DNA of 50,208 nucleotides from an uncultured Gammaproteobacteria bacterium. GTDB lineage: Bacteria > Cyanobacteriota > Vampirovibrionia > LMEP-6097. Location of the stretch: assembly GCA_964410425.1 (NCBI GenBank), contig CAYPGT010000003.1, positions 4,874-55,081 of the forward strand, given 5' to 3'. The notes beneath the pieces were generated by a model that was not told the DNA's origin, searched no databases, and saw only the letters and a list, made by a program, of their open reading frames with translations. This document shows positions 36,851 through 45,484 of this stretch, one piece after another. A program made the translations under genes and the position numbers. Position 1 is the stretch's first letter, and every line of letters starts with the position of its first letter.

Positions 36851-37723
36851 ATGGATTTCTCGAATAATTACTATATCTTAAGCCTAGTGTTAAAATGGCT
36901 CAAGGTGCTTAACGATTTACAAAACAGAATAACAGCAGCCAAAGTCGGTGACTATAAGTTTATCAAGCATCGTTATATCCATCGTGTGATATTTTTTGCT
37001 GTACTTTTATGCTTCTGGGAATTGATTGTAAGGTTAGAACTTTATCCTAGATATCTTTTACCTAGTCCGACGGATGTTGTAGAGTCCTTATACTTTGGGT
37101 TTAAGGAAGCTGATTATTTATTAGCCATATTTGAGTCTCTGCGTAGGCTATGTATTGGTTATGTCGTAGCTGTGATCTTAGGTTCTTTAGCAGGTTTGGC
37201 GATAGCGCGTTATCGTTTTTTGGATAACAGTATCGGTGCATCGTTAACAGCTCTACAGTCTATTCCAAGTGTGGCTTGGGTGCCCTTGGCTCTTCTCTGG
37301 TTTGGTATTTCAGAGTCTGCAGTTCTGTTCATAGTGGTTCTAGAAGCGTTTATACCTTGCGCTCTGGGAGTGCGTACGGGAGTGATGACTATTCCCCGTG
37401 AGATTATTAGAGCTGCTCAAACCTTAGGTTCTAAGAATATAGATCTTTACGTAAGAGTAATTTTCCCGGCGATTATTCCTCAGTTCGTTAGTAGCTTACG
37501 TTTGAGCTGGGCTTTTGCTTGGAGAGCTTTAATAGCTGGAGAGCTTTTTGTATCTGGTTTAGGTATCGGGCAGGTATTAGAATTGGGTAGAAGCCTTGCT
37601 GATATGTCACAGGTTTTGTCTATGATTCTGATTATTGCTGTACTGGGATACTTGAGTGACAATGTGTTCTTTAGAGGAATTGAGAAACGAGTAAATAAGC
37701 TTTGGGGCTTAGAGGTGAACTGA
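36851..37723 (+). CDS. ABC transporter permease, nitrate/sulfonate/taurine (TauC/SsuC) family
   Basis: BPD_transp_1 profile (LQSIPSVAWVPLALLWFG, EAA-like IIRAAQTLGSKNIDLYVRVIFPA). The exact start is uncertain. Confidence 0.8.
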   Translation: MDFSNNYYILSLVLKWLKVLNDLQNRITAAKVGDYKFIKHRYIHRVIFFAVLLCFWELIVRLELYPRYLLPSPTDVVESLYFGFKEADYLLAIFESLRRLCIGYVVAVILGSLAGLAIARYRFLDNSIGASLTALQSIPSVAWVPLALLWFGISESAVLFIVVLEAFIPCALGVRTGVMTIPREIIRAAQTLGSKNIDLYVRVIFPAIIPQFVSSLRLSWAFAWRALIAGELFVSGLGIGQVLELGRSLADMSQVLSMILIIAVLGYLSDNVFFRGIEKRVNKLWGLEVN

Positions 37724-38514
37724 TGACGTTATTAATCCAAAATGCTTCTTTAATTTATCAGGGTGCTAGGCATAAGGGTGATTACATACTCAAGGATATT
37801 AATCTTGAGATTAGAGATGGAGAGTTTACTTGCTTACTTGGACCTAGTGGTTGTGGCAAGAGTTCATTATTAGGTTTAATTGCAGGCTTTGTGAAAACTA
37901 GTTCTGGAGAGATTTTGATGGCAGGTAAGAAGATCACTAGACCTGATATTAATAGAACTTTGATTTTTCAAGAATATGCATTATTTCCTTGGCTCAATGT
38001 TATCGAGAACGTTGCTTTTGGACTAAAGTATCAGATCAAGGATAAAGAAGAAAGATTCGCGCAAGCGTCTAAGTATCTTAAGATGGTGGGATTGATTGAT
38101 CATGCTAAGGATCGTATTTTTCAGCTATCTGGTGGAATGAAGCAGAGAGTGGCTATTGCTCGTGCTTTTGTCGTGAAGCCACAGCTCTTATTATTGGATG
38201 AGCCTTTTGGAGCGCTTGATGATCAATCTCGTTCTAATATGCAGAAGCTTATAATAGAAATATGGTCTGAATTGAAGACTACGATTGTCTTTGTTACACA
38301 TAGTATCGATGAAGCTTTAATGCTTGCAGATAGAATTATTATTATGGGTAAATCTTCTGATGAATTTAACTCAGGAGAAATTAAAGCGGATATCAGTATT
38401 CGTTCATCTAGACCTAGATCACTAAGTGAACTTAGTGCTTATAGAACCCAGATTCTGGATGTACTCTACGCAGATAGAGATCATTTAGATGTTGGTTTCG
38501 ATGCTGCTATCTAA
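37723..38514 (+). CDS. ABC transporter ATP-binding protein (TauB/SsuB family)
   Basis: Walker A GPSGCGKSS, signature LSGGMKQR and Walker B LLLLDEP. I prefer the ATG at 37723, which forms a TGATG overlap with the permease stop and follows AGAGGTGA. Confidence 0.85.
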   Translation: MTLLIQNASLIYQGARHKGDYILKDINLEIRDGEFTCLLGPSGCGKSSLLGLIAGFVKTSSGEILMAGKKITRPDINRTLIFQEYALFPWLNVIENVAFGLKYQIKDKEERFAQASKYLKMVGLIDHAKDRIFQLSGGMKQRVAIARAFVVKPQLLLLDEPFGALDDQSRSNMQKLIIEIWSELKTTIVFVTHSIDEALMLADRIIIMGKSSDEFNSGEIKADISIRSSRPRSLSELSAYRTQILDVLYADRDHLDVGFDAAI

Positions 38515-39908
38515 CTTTTCTTGAGTTCGTTGCCTACACGCCATTTGGTCATTTGATTGATTAACATCTTCATTCCAAAAATTAGTAATGAGTGTAATGT
38601 AAATCCTTGATATAGAACCTTGGCGTGCATATCTCTAGCTTCTTTTTCTAACTTAGGATCATGACGCACTCTATGAAGCACTTGCTGTATCTTAGCTGGC
38701 TCTGCTATAAGTCGATTAACGTCCTGAGGCTCTACTAGAATACCTCTCTCTATGCCATATTTCTTCGCTAATTTAGCATCGTTTTGTTGGGCAAGTGTAC
38801 CGTTGGTAAGATGGTGCCCAAACCACCAGCTCATATTCACCGTGAGCGTTGTTAATAAATTCTCAAAGAACTCATTCCTACCCTGTGAGGAGAATAGCAT
38901 GCCAATTACATTTGGTACTAAAACAAATGAAACCATTAATCCAAGTTTAGGAAATACTCCATGAGTCATATCCCACTGACTCTTAATCATTTGTAGCCAT
39001 GGAGATTGTTTCACAGCTTCTTTGTCCTCTAATTTATTTAGTAGGAAATAATTAATAGTAGGACTTGAGATCATTGCTATCATATTGCCTGCAATTTGCC
39101 ACCATTGTAGTTTACTAGCATCGCCGGTTTTTTTAGCGTCAGCTTTAGTTTGATAATTTATGGTTCCAGTAAAACTATCCTGACCTAAAACATGCTTCCT
39201 GAATAGTCGATTGGTTAGGAACTGAGATCCCCATATGACACCCTCAATCAAGCTCCCACCCTGAATTGTGGCTTTTTTAAGTTTTTTAATGCGCTCTAAT
39301 TTCCCCTCAGTAATTGTGAAACCATCCGCGAAGTTTTTAATAGCTCTAGCTTTGTTTAGGTAATGTGCTTCTTTACTTTTACTATCTTTATATAGTGTTG
39401 CTATAAATCCATTGTCTTCAGGTTCTTCTTCCTTGATCCTCTCAATTCCTTTTATAAGAGTTTCATGATTGTCTAAATCTTTCATTTGAAAGAGCATGTA
39501 ATGATCAATATCTTTAATCTCATCTGCGTTTAATATTGATCTACCAAAAAACTTTCCGAAACATTTTGTAATATAGGGGATGGTTATCATGGCAGATAGT
39601 GAGTAAACTGCCTGATAGACTGCTTCTGCGGTACTGTATACATTGCGTGTCAAAGCTGCAAGTACCATGGGAATTTCCCAACCTGTTAAATCTAAAGCTG
39701 ATCTAAAAATTGATTCTCGTGAGCAAACAATTTCTGCAATGTTGCGAGCCTTGTCCCAAAATTTTGAGTTGGAATTTTTTTCGTTAATGTTTTTTACTTC
39801 GGTTTTATTTTCAGTTAAGATTTTGTTTCCTATATCGTCATACGTAAATCTTTCTCTCGATGACGAGATTGGCTGGCTAATATTTGGTATTTCAGCTGTT
39901 ATTTGCAT
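38511..39908 (-). CDS. hypothetical membrane protein (465 aa)
   Basis: Long AT-rich ORF with several hydrophobic segments; no motif recognised. Confidence 0.5.
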   Translation of the reverse strand: MQITAEIPNISQPISSSRERFTYDDIGNKILTENKTEVKNINEKNSNSKFWDKARNIAEIVCSRESIFRSALDLTGWEIPMVLAALTRNVYSTAEAVYQAVYSLSAMITIPYITKCFGKFFGRSILNADEIKDIDHYMLFQMKDLDNHETLIKGIERIKEEEPEDNGFIATLYKDSKSKEAHYLNKARAIKNFADGFTITEGKLERIKKLKKATIQGGSLIEGVIWGSQFLTNRLFRKHVLGQDSFTGTINYQTKADAKKTGDASKLQWWQIAGNMIAMISSPTINYFLLNKLEDKEAVKQSPWLQMIKSQWDMTHGVFPKLGLMVSFVLVPNVIGMLFSSQGRNEFFENLLTTLTVNMSWWFGHHLTNGTLAQQNDAKLAKKYGIERGILVEPQDVNRLIAEPAKIQQVLHRVRHDPKLEKEARDMHAKVLYQGFTLHSLLIFGMKMLINQMTKWRVGNELKKS

Positions 39909-40135
39909 TTATTGACAAGAGAATATTGGCCCAAGCAATATTATTTTTTAGCTTGAGTTTATTATTCTGAAATATCTGAGCTATACGTATAGATCAGATA
40001 CGTGAAATATTTTAATTTAAATCAAGGCTGAAGAAACATTGAAGGTAACATAATTCCAGAAAATATTTGTGTTCAGCCTCTTCTTAAGAACTCTATCAAG
40101 CATATTATTATGCGGGGGGCTAAAATAGGTTTTTA

Positions 40136-41689
40136 GTGAGTTACCAACCCTTATTTTTAAGATACCGCCCCCAGAAACTAGCTGATGTTTTGGGACAAGA
40201 TTCAGTTAAAGAGACACTGATCAATGCTATTCAGAATAATAAGATAGTCCATGCTTATCTCTTAACTGGTCCGCGGGGCTCTGGTAAGACCAGTACTGCA
40301 AGAATTATAGCCAAGTCGCTTAATTGTACTAATGCAGTAGATGGCAAGTCACCAAGTTCTAATCCTTGTGGTGTTTGTGATAGTTGTGTGAGTATTACTA
40401 ACTCTTCCAGCATAGATGTAACAGAAATGGATGCTGCATCTCATGGGGGTGTAGAAGATGCGCGCCAATTAATAGAGAGAGTTAATTTAGCAAGTGTTGC
40501 TGGTAAGTATAGAATCTACATCATAGATGAAGTGCATATGCTTAGTAAGGATGCTTTCAATGCTTTATTGAAAACTATTGAAGAACCTCCAGCTAATGTA
40601 ATCTTTATACTAGCTACTACTGAAGTAGATAAGGTGCCTAAGACTATTGCCAGTCGCTGTCAGCAATTGAAGTTCAAGCCTATCTCTATCAATGATTCTT
40701 TAGCGCGTCTTAACTACGTTGCGCAGCAGGAAGGTATCAAGATTGATGAAGCAGCCTTGCAATTGATTGCTGAACATTCAGATGGAGCAATGCGTGATGC
40801 TTTAAGCTTGCTTGACCAGCTTAGTGTGTTTTCTGATGAGAGTTCATCTATTGATGAGAACAAAGTTCTGGAGATACTGGGTGCTGTACCTAGTGATGAA
40901 TTAAATGAGATGTCTAGAAATATTCTAGTGAGAAATGTGGAAGGTCTTTGTAATAAATTAGATGAGCTGGTTATTCGTGGTAAAGAACCTATCAGTATTG
41001 TTAAAGAACTCGCTGATCATTTATTAACTCTATTAGAGAAACTTTCTAGTAAGACCTCTGATGCTAAATTTCAAGATCTAGTCAGTTTGTGCCAGGAAAA
41101 CAATATTGAGAATTATGAATTGGTGCAAATCATAGACTCACTCTCTGAGCTTGAAGTTCGCTTGAAACAAAGTACTCAGAATAAAAACATACTCAAAGCT
41201 TGGCTGATTAAAATTGCATATAGAGCTGATATTTTGGTGGTAAAAGATTTGTTGTCTCGTATAGAGAAATTAGAGAGTGGCTCAATGCTCAATGCTCAAC
41301 AGGCAACTCCAGTTTTTTCTAAGCCAGAAAGGATAGTTCATGTGCGACCACTGGTTATTGAAGAAGAAAATATAAGCAGGGATGATAAACCGTTGAGCGT
41401 TGAGCGCTCAGCATTCAGCGAAACCTCTAATGATTTCCTTGATTACCTTTCCCCTGGTTCTAAGGGAATGCTTATAAGCAGCCAGGCACAGTTGATAGAG
41501 ATTAACGATGGTGTTGCTTTGATGAAAATGCCTGATAAGTTTAAGTTTCTTAAGTCTAAATTAGAATCTAGAGCAGATGAGTTGATATCCGCTATTCAAA
41601 AATCATCAGGTAAGGATCTTAAGTCATTAAATATAGAAGTAGTGATGCTTAGTGAAATGCCAACGGTGAGTCCCAGGCAAAGCAACTGA
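40136..41689 (+). CDS. dnaX: DNA polymerase III subunit gamma/tau (0-frame product, 517 aa)
   Basis: YRPQKLADVLGQ, GPRGSGKTS, zinc module CGVCDSC, DEVHMLS and SRCQ. GTG start. Ends at tandem TGA TGA. Confidence 0.9.
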   Translation: MSYQPLFLRYRPQKLADVLGQDSVKETLINAIQNNKIVHAYLLTGPRGSGKTSTARIIAKSLNCTNAVDGKSPSSNPCGVCDSCVSITNSSSIDVTEMDAASHGGVEDARQLIERVNLASVAGKYRIYIIDEVHMLSKDAFNALLKTIEEPPANVIFILATTEVDKVPKTIASRCQQLKFKPISINDSLARLNYVAQQEGIKIDEAALQLIAEHSDGAMRDALSLLDQLSVFSDESSSIDENKVLEILGAVPSDELNEMSRNILVRNVEGLCNKLDELVIRGKEPISIVKELADHLLTLLEKLSSKTSDAKFQDLVSLCQENNIENYELVQIIDSLSELEVRLKQSTQNKNILKAWLIKIAYRADILVVKDLLSRIEKLESGSMLNAQQATPVFSKPERIVHVRPLVIEEENISRDDKPLSVERSAFSETSNDFLDYLSPGSKGMLISSQAQLIEINDGVALMKMPDKFKFLKSKLESRADELISAIQKSSGKDLKSLNIEVVMLSEMPTVSPRQSN

Positions 41690-41909
41690 TGATATAGTCG
41701 TTCAAGCCCCTAAGAATATATCTCTTAAACAAACTAATCCACTAGATGATTTGGTTCCTGGTTCGGCTAAAGTTTTTGAGAAAAATGATGAAGATTTAAT
41801 TAGTTCTAGAGATGCGGAAATTGAGTCTGTTAACAGAGCTACCAGAACTAAGCTTGATGAAGTAGTAGAAGCTGGATTGAATATATTTGGTGGTAGAGTG
41901 CTCAAGTAG
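41670..41909 (+). CDS. dnaX: dnaX 3' segment, open only in the +1 frame (DnaX/tau-like C-terminal tail)
   Basis: No start codon. The +1 frame is open from 41670 and encodes ...DDIVVQAPKNISLKQ...TKLDEVVEAGLNIFGGRVLK*, which ends in the hydrophobic-x-x-F-G-G-x-V tail typical of DnaX C-termini. Confidence 0.5.
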   Translation, partial: VPGKATDDIVVQAPKNISLKQTNPLDDLVPGSAKVFEKNDEDLISSRDAEIESVNRATRTKLDEVVEAGLNIFGGRVLK

Positions 41910-42624
41910 CGACCAGCATTGGACCTTTAACAGAACCTTCTCTAAATTGTGTTGCGTATGGGTTGTTATTCTTTATGTCGAATAGTTCTTCAGGACTACC
42001 TTCCCATACTATCTTAGTATCGTAAAGCATAGCTACTCTATTACAAGCACGTTTGATAGTGGAAGCTTGGTGTGTCACTAAGATACTTGCAGCTTTAGTT
42101 CGGTTTTGTAATGTAGTAATCAAATCTTCAATAATAGTACTTGCCACAGGATCTAGTCCAGCAGTGGGTTCGTCATAAAGAATAATCTCTGGATCATTAA
42201 CAATAGCTCTAGCAAAACTAATTCTCTTTCTCATACCACCTGAGAGTTCACTAGGAAATTTTTCTTCAATGCCTGGTAATCCTACGAGGCTGAGTCTTTC
42301 TGAAATTATCCTGGATATCTCAAACTCCGGTAGCGCTACTTTGATATCCTTACCAACTCTTAAGGGAAAGCTAATATTATCCGCTATGTTCATAGAATCA
42401 AACAAAGCAGAATACTGAAATGCCATACCAACCTTCTCCGAACCTAATTTTATTTCTCCAGAATCTGCAGGCTCAAGACCAGCAACAATTTTAAGAAGTG
42501 TACTTTTACCGCAACCTGAGAAACCTATTAAGGCTAGAACTTCCCCTTTGCGAACCTCAAGACTAATCTTGTCCAATATTTTATTGGAGTTATATGATTT
42601 CGATAAGTTGCTAATTTTGATCAT
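41902..42624 (-). CDS. ABC transporter ATP-binding protein, MlaF-like (solitary)
   Basis: Walker A GFSGCGKST, LSGGMRKR and ILYDEPTAGLDP. The C-terminal GSPEELF...NPYATQFREGSVKGP resembles MlaF. Confidence 0.75.
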   Translation of the reverse strand: MIKISNLSKSYNSNKILDKISLEVRKGEVLALIGFSGCGKSTLLKIVAGLEPADSGEIKLGSEKVGMAFQYSALFDSMNIADNISFPLRVGKDIKVALPEFEISRIISERLSLVGLPGIEEKFPSELSGGMRKRISFARAIVNDPEIILYDEPTAGLDPVASTIIEDLITTLQNRTKAASILVTHQASTIKRACNRVAMLYDTKIVWEGSPEELFDIKNNNPYATQFREGSVKGPMLVAT

Positions 42625-42690
42625 TTGGGGATTAGTAAGTGGCGTCGATACTTGTTGAGTTGATGCTTATAGTATACTGTATTTCGTAAT

Positions 42691-44460
42691 ATGCTAAATA
42701 AAAGCAATATACTCTACTATTTTACCTTCGTTTTACTCGGATTTTTAGGTCTAAGATTATTTCAATTGCAAATTATAGAATATGGCAAGTATAAAACTTT
42801 AGCCAAGAATAATACTACTAGAACAGCTATTACCAGAGCACCTAGAGGCATCATGTACGACCGCCATGGTGAAATACTTGCTACAAGTAAACAATCACTA
42901 AGCGTAATTGTTTTCCCTGCTGTTTTAAGGAAGCATAAGGACAAGGTATTAGTTGCTAGAACCCTATCACACTTTATACCTACTTCTAATGAAGAGTTGC
43001 TGAAACTCTTTGAGGATATGGATCCTACTACTCCATTGCCGATAACTTTGGATAATGATGTTTCTATTGAATCTGCGATTAAGATTTTTGAAAATCAAGA
43101 ATCTTTACCAGGGATTGCTGTTGAGAAGCAGGCTACAAGATACTATCCTCACAATGAAGTTGCAGCGCATGTACTTGGATTCGTGGGGCAGGCGAATAAT
43201 GATGAACTGAAAGAAGGACGTACTCGTGGATTGGGTTTGGGTGATATCGTGGGTAAGGAAGGATTGGAGAAGGTTTATGATGAAATCTTGCAGGGGACTA
43301 AAGGTGAGTCTCGAGTTTCAGTAGATCGTTACGGTCGTGGTCTGAAAGAAGGATCTAATAGTAAAAAAGTTATCAAAGACGCAATTAAAGGTAATGATAT
43401 TCATTTAACGATAGATATCAACTTGCAAAAAGTAGCATATGAAGCTCTTAAAGATATGTCAGGAGCAGCAATTGTTCTTAATCCTAAAAATGGAGAGATC
43501 TATGCTTTGGTCAGTACGCCAAGCTTTGATCCCAATATTTTTACTAAACCTGTTGCACCAGGGGTTTACAATGATTTAATAGCCCGAAAAGTATTTGTTA
43601 ATAGAGCCATTTCTTCGTATCCACCAGGAAGTATTTGGAAGCCTCTTACATCTTTGGCTGCTTTGGAGCATGGTGTTGCCACAGAAGATGAGGTATTGAG
43701 AGTTAGTGGTGGTGTTTATTTCGGTGGCTTTAAGTTTGGTGATTGGACTAATAAAGAAGACTCGATGAATATCGTTGAAGCTTTAGCTTGGTCACGCAAT
43801 ACTTTCTTTTATCAGATAGCTAAACGCATGCAACCAGAATGGATTGCTAATACGGGGCGCAAGTTTGGAGCTGGCTCTAAGACTGGTGTTGAATTGTTTG
43901 GTGAATCTGCTGGTGTCGTGCCTGATCCTGAGTGGAAGAAAAAATATGTCAAAGAACCTTGGTTCCCTGGTAATACTTTACATCTTGCTATTGGACAGAG
44001 TTTCTTGATGCTCACTCCTATACAGGCAGCTAAGATTATTTCAGGAATAGCTAACAAAGGTTATTCACCACAGTTACATTTAATTAAAAATCCAGAGAAG
44101 GAGAAATTGATTCCTATCAAGGGCTTCTCTCAGGGGACTTATGATATTGTGCGTAAGGGTTTGGAGACTTGTATAGATTCGGGGACAGGACAAGCATCTA
44201 AATTTACAGAGTTTAAGGTTGCAGGTAAGACTGGTTCTGCTGAAGTTAAAGGTTATTCACATACTACGCATGGTTGGTTTGCTTCCTATGCACCTGCGGA
44301 TGATCCTGAGATAGTAGTAGCAGTGTTTGCTGAGGGTGCTGGTCACGGTGGAAGTGTTGCTGCTCCTGTTGCTAAGAAAATTTATGAAGCTTGGTATGCA
44401 GAGAAAATGGGCATTAAAAAACCTGAAGTGGAAGAAGAAAGTAAAGAAGTGAAAGAGTAG
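42691..44460 (+). CDS. mrdA: penicillin-binding protein 2 (elongasome transpeptidase)
   Basis: N-terminal TM anchor and PBP dimerisation domain. SxxK (SIWK), SxN (SRN) and KTG (KTGSA) motifs. Confidence 0.85.
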   Translation: MLNKSNILYYFTFVLLGFLGLRLFQLQIIEYGKYKTLAKNNTTRTAITRAPRGIMYDRHGEILATSKQSLSVIVFPAVLRKHKDKVLVARTLSHFIPTSNEELLKLFEDMDPTTPLPITLDNDVSIESAIKIFENQESLPGIAVEKQATRYYPHNEVAAHVLGFVGQANNDELKEGRTRGLGLGDIVGKEGLEKVYDEILQGTKGESRVSVDRYGRGLKEGSNSKKVIKDAIKGNDIHLTIDINLQKVAYEALKDMSGAAIVLNPKNGEIYALVSTPSFDPNIFTKPVAPGVYNDLIARKVFVNRAISSYPPGSIWKPLTSLAALEHGVATEDEVLRVSGGVYFGGFKFGDWTNKEDSMNIVEALAWSRNTFFYQIAKRMQPEWIANTGRKFGAGSKTGVELFGESAGVVPDPEWKKKYVKEPWFPGNTLHLAIGQSFLMLTPIQAAKIISGIANKGYSPQLHLIKNPEKEKLIPIKGFSQGTYDIVRKGLETCIDSGTGQASKFTEFKVAGKTGSAEVKGYSHTTHGWFASYAPADDPEIVVAVFAEGAGHGGSVAAPVAKKIYEAWYAEKMGIKKPEVEEESKEVKE

Positions 44461-44468
44461 TGATGGGC

Positions 44469-44567
44469 GTCATTGCGAGCCCCGTAGGGGCGTAGCAATC
44501 TAGTCGAATGCATAATATTTATGACTGGATCCCGACGTCGTCCACTGCGTGGACTCCTCGGGATGAC
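44469..44567 (+). repeat. intergenic repeat family A, copy A3 (full length)
   Basis: GTCATTGCGAG ... CTCGGGATGAC ends, a conserved centre, and copy-specific hairpins GCCCC-GTA-GGGGC and GTCCAC-TGC-GTGGAC. Confidence 0.85.
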
Positions 44568-44595
44568 GAAACTATGTAGTGTATAATTAAAATAT

Positions 44596-45483
44596 ATGGT
44601 TAATATTTGTTTGTTTAGATTGCTATCTTTGGTTTTGATTCCAGTTCTCATGTTCTCACCTTGTTCTGCCGTGGAGCCTAGTGTGTGTGAGACCAAGGTA
44701 GTAACTAGTCTTAGTCTTGACCGTGTGAAAATTAAGCAGGGTGAGTTTTTTCAAGCTGTGATTAAAAACGCTACTAAGCATCCTCGTATTTGGTTTAATT
44801 CAAGAGAGTTTCCAAGTTATGAGATGACGACTAATCCTAAAACCTATAGAGCACTGATTCCTGTTGAAAATATGACTAAGCCAGGCAAGTATTCGATTCT
44901 GGCTAAGGCTGATGGTTGGGAGGAAAAGATACCCGTTGATGTTACTGATAATGGTAAAGGAGTATCTAAGATTATTCTGGATCCAGATAAAGCTGATCTC
45001 AATCCTACTGAGAAGGAGCTTAACTACGTAGGTCATAATTTACATATAGAGACTCCAAATAAACTTTGGAAAGGTAAGTTTATATATCCTTCTAAAGCAT
45101 TGCGTTCAAGTCCTTTTGGAGTGAAGCGTTCATATAATGGTGGACCGGTAGATAGTTATCATAAGGGTCTAGATTTTGCTGCTGATATGGGTGCGCCTGT
45201 TTATGCACCAGCAGATGGTAAGGTATTGCTTACTGGTTATGAGAAGGATGGTTTTGTGGTTCATGGTAACACTATTATTCTAGATCATGGTCAGAGTGTG
45301 ACTTCTATCTATATGCACTTAAGTAAAATTGACGTGAAGGAAGGTCAAGAAGTTAAACAAGGTGAGAAGATTGGTGAAGTTGGTCATACAGGGATCTCTA
45401 CTGGACCACATTTGCACTGGGGAGTATATCTATCAGGTATAAGTACTGAGCCTGAATTATTTGTGAGTAAGGAGATACTCTAA
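44596..45483 (+). CDS. M23-family metallopeptidase (secreted)
   Basis: Signal peptide. HxxxD (YHKGLDFAA) and HxH (GPHLHWGV) motifs. Confidence 0.85.
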   Translation: MVNICLFRLLSLVLIPVLMFSPCSAVEPSVCETKVVTSLSLDRVKIKQGEFFQAVIKNATKHPRIWFNSREFPSYEMTTNPKTYRALIPVENMTKPGKYSILAKADGWEEKIPVDVTDNGKGVSKIILDPDKADLNPTEKELNYVGHNLHIETPNKLWKGKFIYPSKALRSSPFGVKRSYNGGPVDSYHKGLDFAADMGAPVYAPADGKVLLTGYEKDGFVVHGNTIILDHGQSVTSIYMHLSKIDVKEGQEVKQGEKIGEVGHTGISTGPHLHWGVYLSGISTEPELFVSKEIL

Positions 45484-45484
45484 A

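Noticed and set aside
39909-40135. Searched the spacer upstream of dnaX for an SRP (4.5S/ffs) RNA, which often precedes dnaX
   Set aside because: No GGAA-tetraloop domain-IV-like motif is present. There is only an 8-bp AT-poor stem (AGGCTGAA..TTCAGCCT) with a long loop.
41702-41905. A 67-aa minus-strand ORF downstream of dnaX
   Set aside because: Its S/L-rich sequence is antisense to a plus-strand frame that encodes a convincing DnaX C-terminal tail.
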